Shown: one piece after another, positions 26,674 to 32,000 of the stretch
Layout: each line of letters begins with the position of its first letter
Numbering within the stretch: the stretch's first letter is position 1
From: Promethearchaeia archaeon
Lineage (GTDB): Archaea > Asgardarchaeota > Lokiarchaeia > Sigyniarchaeales > SOKP01
Direction of reading: 5' to 3'
DNA: 32,000 bases
Assembly (NCBI GenBank): GCA_046497275.1
Contig: JAWOFX010000054.1
Span: 90,001-122,000 of the forward strand
Position numbers and translations under genes: made by a program
The notes under the pieces: generated by a model
Seen by the model: the letters and a program-made list of their open reading frames with translations, nothing else
Databases searched by the model: none
Told to the model about the DNA's origin: nothing

Positions 26674-28758
26674 TCATTTCCATTTTGGATCCATAAAATT
26701 TAGAAGTTCTTCTATAGAATTAGTTGGGGTTTTACATGTCTTATCTACGCATACATATCCCGTTGGCTTTTCGTTAATTTTATCAAAATATCTAATATAA
26801 TCTGAAATTTCATCTATTTTCGGGTTAGACTCATCCGCAGGTCGAAAAATAAATGTTTTATTTGGTAAAAAGTATCTATTTATTTCTTTAAGTATTTTTT
26901 CCGTCTCTTTCATTTCATTATTGCCTACAATAACTAAAGTATATGAAGGACCTATAGCAAAATCAAGGGCAGTCATTAAATGAGTAAATGCCACTGGATT
27001 TTTGCGTATTAATTCGGCAAAGACCATTCCTATATATTCAGCTTTTTTCTCTAGTTCATGATCACCCGTGAAAAAACTTAGCCGTAATAAATTTAACATT
27101 GAAACAGAATTTCCAGAAGGGATAGCTCCATCATAAAATTCTTTCTGTCGAACTAATAGTTCCTCATTCTGATCTGAGGTGAAATAAAAAGCACCGATAT
27201 TATCATCCCAGAAATTATCTATTTGTTTTTGATTAAAATTGAGTGCGAGTTTTATGTATTTAGGATTAAAAGTGGTTTCATATAATTCGATTAATCCCCA
27301 TATGAAAAACGCATAATCATCAAGATATCCTTCAATCCCCGCCTCCCCTTCCCTATAACGATGAAATAATCTTTCTTCAGAAGGTTGTAAATTTTCTAAT
27401 ATGAATTCAGTTGCCTTAATAGCAGCGTCAGAATATTTTTTTTCATTAAGAATTCGAGCACCTTTTGCCAGTGCTGCAATCATTAATCCATTCCAATCCG
27501 TTAAAATTTTATCATCCTTACCAGGATGTACTCGTGTTTGTCTATATTCAAATAATCTTTGTCGAATTTGTTCAATTCTCATTTTAAGCTCATCATAAGT
27601 CATATCAAAGTTAACTGCTAATTGGGAAAATGATTTGTTTCTATGTAAAATATTTTTCCCCGTATTTTTTCTAGTAGCTTCTTCAAGATAATTTCCACTT
27701 TTTTCTACATTATACACACTTACAATTATTTTTGCGTCTTTTTCATTCAAAATCTCATGAAGATCATTGTGCTCCCATACATAGAATTTACCCTCAACCC
27801 CATCACTATCCGCATCTTCAGCTGAATAAAATCCACCTTCAGATGATGTCATATCCCGAAGAACATATGTGAAAATCTCGCGAGCGGTCTCGGCATAAAA
27901 TTCTTTATTTGTTGCTTGATATGCTTCTAAATATGCGATGGCTAAAAGAGCTTGATCATACAACATCTTTTCAAAATGAGGGACTAACCACTTTTGATCT
28001 GTTGAGTATCTATGAAAACCGAATCCGATTTGGTCAAATATTCCTCCCATTCGCATATTATTTAAAGTCTTTTCAACCATTTCAAGAGCATGGTTATCAT
28101 TTGTTCTTTTCCAGAATCTTAAAAGAAATGAAAGTTGATGTGGAGAAGGAAATTTAGGAGCTTGTCCAAATCCCGCATATTTATCATCAAACCGCATCGA
28201 TAATTGATTGAATGCTTTACTTAAGGTTTTTTTATCTAATTTATTTCCGGGTTGCTCATCAGCAACTTCTTGAACAGCATTAATTATCTGCTGAGTACCC
28301 CTTAATAATTCATCTCGCTCATTTTCCCATAGATCTTTAATTTTTTTTATGAGATCAATTAAACCTGTACGACCGAATCGACTTTCCTTAGGAAAATATG
28401 TGCCTGCGAGGAATGGCTTTTTATCTGGTGTCATAAAAATAGTTAACGGCCATCCCCCAGACCCTGTTAAAACTTGACAAACTGTCATATAAACTTTATC
28501 AATATCAGGTCGCTCTTCTCTATCAACTTTTATTGAGATAAAGGTTTCGTTCATTAATTTAGCTACTTGTGGATCCTCAAAAGATTCATGGGCCATGACA
28601 TGGCACCAGTGACAAGTCGAGTAGCCAATTGAGAGGAATATTGGTTTATCCAGCTCTCTAGCTTTATTAAAAGCCTCCTCTCCCCATGGATACCAATCAA
28701 CGGGATTATTTGCATGTTGAAGTAGGTAAGGACTTTTCTGATCTGCTAATTTATTCAT
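26674..28758 (-). CDS. Thioredoxin domain-containing protein, YyaL/DUF255/SPATA20 family
   Basis: [47 protein letters not shown] and DGAIPSGNS motifs. Confidence 0.95.
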   Translation of the reverse strand: MNKLADQKSPYLLQHANNPVDWYPWGEEAFNKARELDKPIFLSIGYSTCHWCHVMAHESFEDPQVAKLMNETFISIKVDREERPDIDKVYMTVCQVLTGSGGWPLTIFMTPDKKPFLAGTYFPKESRFGRTGLIDLIKKIKDLWENERDELLRGTQQIINAVQEVADEQPGNKLDKKTLSKAFNQLSMRFDDKYAGFGQAPKFPSPHQLSFLLRFWKRTNDNHALEMVEKTLNNMRMGGIFDQIGFGFHRYSTDQKWLVPHFEKMLYDQALLAIAYLEAYQATNKEFYAETAREIFTYVLRDMTSSEGGFYSAEDADSDGVEGKFYVWEHNDLHEILNEKDAKIIVSVYNVEKSGNYLEEATRKNTGKNILHRNKSFSQLAVNFDMTYDELKMRIEQIRQRLFEYRQTRVHPGKDDKILTDWNGLMIAALAKGARILNEKKYSDAAIKATEFILENLQPSEERLFHRYREGEAGIEGYLDDYAFFIWGLIELYETTFNPKYIKLALNFNQKQIDNFWDDNIGAFYFTSDQNEELLVRQKEFYDGAIPSGNSVSMLNLLRLSFFTGDHELEKKAEYIGMVFAELIRKNPVAFTHLMTALDFAIGPSYTLVIVGNNEMKETEKILKEINRYFLPNKTFIFRPADESNPKIDEISDYIRYFDKINEKPTGYVCVDKTCKTPTNSIEELLNFMDPKWK

Positions 28759-28778
28759 AATTATATTATATCTCGATC

Positions 28779-29351
28779 TTATTTTTGATTCAATTTATTT
28801 CCATAATCATTAATATAACAAAATTCACTTAATTCTTTTCTTGGAGGTCTTTGTTTCTCTCCTAATTTCATATTATCTGATAAATCAGGATTTATGGTAT
28901 CCGAGTGTTTTCCAATATTTACCAATGTAATTAATCGCATATTTTCAGGGATATTCAAAATTCTTTTTGCTTCTTTTTCATCATAGCCTGCAATAGGATG
29001 TGCCACCAATCCTAATTCAGTAGCTCTTAAAATTATAAAAGCGGTCGCTAATCCCGTGTCAAATAAGTAATATTTTCGCTCATTTATGAGACAATCATCT
29101 TCTGGTTTACTAAAAACGGCTATTATCATTGAAGCCTTTTCAATCCATTTATTTGTTTTAGTTAAGGTTTTAAAAAGACGTTCAAGCTGTTGTTTTTCAT
29201 ATACAAAAATGAAATTCCACGGTTGTTTATTAAAGCAAGAGGGCGCGATTTGCGCAACATGAGCTAAATCATTTATTAAATCCTTATTGATCTCTACAGG
29301 ATCGAGTGAACGGTAGGCTCTTCTTTTTTCGATAGCTTTTTGAACATTCAT
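28779..29351 (-). CDS. Nitroreductase family flavoprotein
   Basis: [23 protein letters not shown] and [10 protein letters not shown] motifs. It lies 20 nt upstream of YyaL on the same strand, so the two probably form an operon. Confidence 0.92.
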   Translation of the reverse strand: MNVQKAIEKRRAYRSLDPVEINKDLINDLAHVAQIAPSCFNKQPWNFIFVYEKQQLERLFKTLTKTNKWIEKASMIIAVFSKPEDDCLINERKYYLFDTGLATAFIILRATELGLVAHPIAGYDEKEAKRILNIPENMRLITLVNIGKHSDTINPDLSDNMKLGEKQRPPRKELSEFCYINDYGNKLNQK

Positions 29352-29597
29352 ATCGATTTTTCTCTTTATTTTAATTGAAATCTACATCTGATAATAAGGG
29401 ATAAAAGATATGAAATTGACCTTTATAATCTATTAAAGCTTTTTAATCAAAAGAGAAAAGAAATTATAATTTAAGGAGAGAATTTAATAATTTATAAATT
29501 TAGATATAAAATAATGCATTTCTAAAACAATTAAAGGTAGTAAACACAAAATTACTTAATATTAATAAAAATAAAGCATAATAAAGAGGATATTTAA

Positions 29598-30776
29598 TTG
29601 TTAAATAATCACTCATTATTGAATAAAATTGTTTGTACTGAATGTGGTTCAGAATATAATATTACCGATTTGCATAATTTATGCACATCTTGTGGAAAAG
29701 TTCTATTCCCTCAATATGATTTAGAAAAGGCAAAAGAATTTCTTTCTAAAGATCAGATCCAGCAAAAAAAAGTCTATAACATCTGGCGTTTGAATGAAAT
29801 AATGCCTGTTAACAACTCTAAATATAGGATATCTCTTGGAGAAGGTTGGACTCCAATCATAAAAATAAATAATTATGGAAAAAGTATCGGCTTAAACAAT
29901 TTATATATTAAAGACGAGGGTCAGAATCCAACTGGAACCTTTAAGAGTCGTGGTCTCTGTGCAGCAGTTTCCAAAGGATTAGAATTAGGTGTAAAAGATT
30001 TTGTAATGCCCAGTGCAGGAAATGCAGGAGCAGCTTTATCCGCATATACGGCTCATGCTGGAGTTAACGCCCATATTTTTGCTCCCAAAGATGCTCCGGA
30101 ATTTATTCTAAAAGAAATAGAAGTTATGGGAGGAGATCTTGTATTAGTTGATGGGTTAATAGACTATGCTGGAGAGAAAGCGAAGATTGCTCAACAAGAA
30201 AATGGTTGGTTTTCTGTTTCCACTCTAAAAGAGCCTTATCGGGTAGAGGGAAAAAAGACGATGGGATTAGAATTAGCGGAACAATTCGATTGGACTTTAC
30301 CTGATGTCATAATTTATCCCACTGGAGGCGGTACTGGAATCGTTGGAATGTGGAAGGTATTTTCTGAATTAGAAAAACTTGGATTAATAGGGAGTGAAAG
30401 ACCTCGTATGGTTTCTGTACAACCCACAGGATGTCAACCTATCGTACGTGCATTCAAAGAGGGTAAAAAATATGCGACCAAATGGGAGGATGCACATTCA
30501 TTTGCTGGAGGGATAAGAGTACCAAGTGCAATAGGTGATTATTTAATATTGGAAGCCCTTAAGCAGTCCAATGGTACTGCTATTGCTGTACCTGATTCAG
30601 ATATCAAAATAGCTATGTATGATTTAGCGAGAATTGAAGGTATTATGCTTTGTCCTGAAGCAGCAGCAACCGTGGATGCAGCAAAAAAATTAGTAGAAAG
30701 AGGATTTTTAGACAGTGATGAGAATGTTGTATTATTTGGAACAGGTTCTGGTTTAATCACTCCGAATGATTGGTAA
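29598..30776 (+). CDS. thrC: Threonine synthase family (fold type II PLP) enzyme with N-terminal Zn-ribbon-like Cys pairs
   Basis: SLGEGWTP, KDEGQNPTGTFKSRG, PSAGNAG, EGKKTM, PTGGGTG and CPEAAA motifs; TTG start after GAGGA. Exact substrate is not certain. Confidence 0.8.
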   Translation: MLNNHSLLNKIVCTECGSEYNITDLHNLCTSCGKVLFPQYDLEKAKEFLSKDQIQQKKVYNIWRLNEIMPVNNSKYRISLGEGWTPIIKINNYGKSIGLNNLYIKDEGQNPTGTFKSRGLCAAVSKGLELGVKDFVMPSAGNAGAALSAYTAHAGVNAHIFAPKDAPEFILKEIEVMGGDLVLVDGLIDYAGEKAKIAQQENGWFSVSTLKEPYRVEGKKTMGLELAEQFDWTLPDVIIYPTGGGTGIVGMWKVFSELEKLGLIGSERPRMVSVQPTGCQPIVRAFKEGKKYATKWEDAHSFAGGIRVPSAIGDYLILEALKQSNGTAIAVPDSDIKIAMYDLARIEGIMLCPEAAATVDAAKKLVERGFLDSDENVVLFGTGSGLITPNDW

Positions 30777-30849
30777 AATTCGTTAAATTTCTTATATACA
30801 AAAATTGAATATAGATAAAAAATTTAAAAATAAAAGATATTGAATTTAA

Positions 30850-32000
30850 CTAGGGATCATTACGAAGAGGATGTCGCGCATTCTCTTTATTTTCTAATGC
30901 TTCATTTACGTCGGGATTTCCTTCTAAAGCTTTCCTAATAGCATTTCTAGTCGCTTTATAATTATTGATGAAAACTCTTTTCCTTCTACTCGCAGTGGGA
31001 TGGACGAATACATTTATAATTATAACCAATTCCTCTGTAAGTTCAGAGGGGATGATTCCATCTTCCACACATTGCATAATTGCCTTTCCTATCGCTGCTT
31101 GTGCTGGACCATAGACTAAACTTGAATGGCGAAGTGATGAAACTTTTACCGTTGGAATCATAATGGATGCAGGTTTAACTTGCATGTTAGGCTCTAATAT
31201 CACTTGAAGACCTTCTACATCTTTTTTTGAGTGGGATAAAGCTAGAGCATAAGCCTCTCCTACTGGACCATCTTTTCTTCCTATAATTAGATCAACATGG
31301 GCTAATTCAGCTCCTTCTCCAACAAGTGATTCTCCTACTTTTAAATTGAAATTTTCAATCTTTTTTGGAGTAATTCCTATTGAATAGAATTTACTTGAAA
31401 TTTCTTTTTCTTTGAATTCAAATTTCAGTTCTTTTTTCTCGATATAACCTATCTTTTCCAATTCTACCCGCAGTTCATCCCTTATTTCATAAGATAATGT
31501 GTCACCTAATATTACTGGTTTTCTTGTAACTCCTACAGGAATTCCCATCATATTTAAACACTCTTTAGCACCTAGGGCTCCACTGTTAATCAATAGTCTG
31601 GCTAATTTTTGGATCTTTTTTTGATGAGTTTGAGCTTCCTTTAACTCATTTTTTTTAACATGATTATATATCTTAAGCCATTCTTTTGGAAGAACATTCG
31701 CCGACCCTAAAATCGCGCCAGCCGCACCTCCTGCTAATGCTCCTAGAAAATTTTCATCCCATCCTATCAACACAGATATTTTATCACTTAGCTTCTCTAA
31801 TAAAGCAGAAAAATATTTATAATCTCCACTAGAATCTTTGATTCCTACGAAATTTTCAATTTCTGCAAGATCTTCTACAACTGTCCAAGGTAATTCTATC
31901 CCAGTACAAACTGGAATGTTATAAATAACAATAGGAATATCTGTATTATCAGATATTTCATAATAATGATCATACAACCCTTTTGCTTTAGGCTTTAAAT
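30850..32000 (-). CDS. fae: Fusion of a DapA/NAL-family class I aldolase domain and a C-terminal formaldehyde-activating enzyme domain; 5' end is outside the window
   Basis: The frame is open to 32000 (LKPKAKGLYDHY). DHDPS-family YNIP, GIKDSSG (Schiff-base Lys, codon 31839-37), GWDE and GSANV are followed by Fae-type VGESLVGEG..AHVDLIIG.KDGPVG, KP..MIP, GPAQAA, VFVHP and NY.AT..AI..A. Confidence 0.9.
   Translation of the reverse strand, partial: LKPKAKGLYDHYYEISDNTDIPIVIYNIPVCTGIELPWTVVEDLAEIENFVGIKDSSGDYKYFSALLEKLSDKISVLIGWDENFLGALAGGAAGAILGSANVLPKEWLKIYNHVKKNELKEAQTHQKKIQKLARLLINSGALGAKECLNMMGIPVGVTRKPVILGDTLSYEIRDELRVELEKIGYIEKKELKFEFKEKEISSKFYSIGITPKKIENFNLKVGESLVGEGAELAHVDLIIGRKDGPVGEAYALALSHSKKDVEGLQVILEPNMQVKPASIMIPTVKVSSLRHSSLVYGPAQAAIGKAIMQCVEDGIIPSELTEELVIIINVFVHPTASRRKRVFINNYKATRNAIRKALEGNPDVNEALENKENARHPLRNDP

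Noticed and set aside
326-30760. Short alternative-frame ORFs in the track (e.g. 326-556, 1956-2174, 6939-7256, 11238-11429, 20519-20854, 24198-24422, 27401-27598, 30539-30760)
   Set aside because: They lie entirely within or antisense to well-supported genes and show no motifs; these are shadow ORFs.
1-32000. CRISPR arrays, tRNA/rRNA genes, IS elements
   Set aside because: No regularly spaced repeats, cloverleaf or rRNA-like GC-rich segments, or transposase ORFs were recognised; intergenic gaps are short and AT-rich.

Overview
AT-rich archaeal window, most likely from an Asgard archaeon (Lokiarchaeia/Promethearchaeota-like). This is inferred from the archaeal TFB, methanogen-type HdrABC/FwdA/Fae genes without mcr in view, and the multi-PAS kinases. 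Gene order: partial purF, two MobA paralogs around a small membrane gene, a bacterial-type hpt-ade purine salvage pair, an orphan fwdA, a B12-binding radical SAM enzyme, a membrane protein, a sulfatase, a class V PLP enzyme, a YbhB/PEBP protein, a signalling cluster (6-PAS+GAF kinase, stand-alone 7TM protein, 75-aa protein, 1-PAS kinase), a TFB paralog, a YaeQ-like PD-(D/E)XK protein, an hdrCBA operon, a CxxC protein, YyaL, a nitroreductase and a threonine synthase-like enzyme. At the right edge is a fusion of a DapA/NAL-family Schiff-base aldolase with a full-length formaldehyde-activating enzyme (Fae) domain. This fusion is the best candidate for an undescribed system: the aldolase lacks the DHDPS substrate Arg and may exchange formaldehyde with the H4MPT C1 pool. 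No rRNA, tRNA, CRISPR array, mobile element or selenocysteine codon was recognised. All family calls come from motif recognition and recollection, not database searches.
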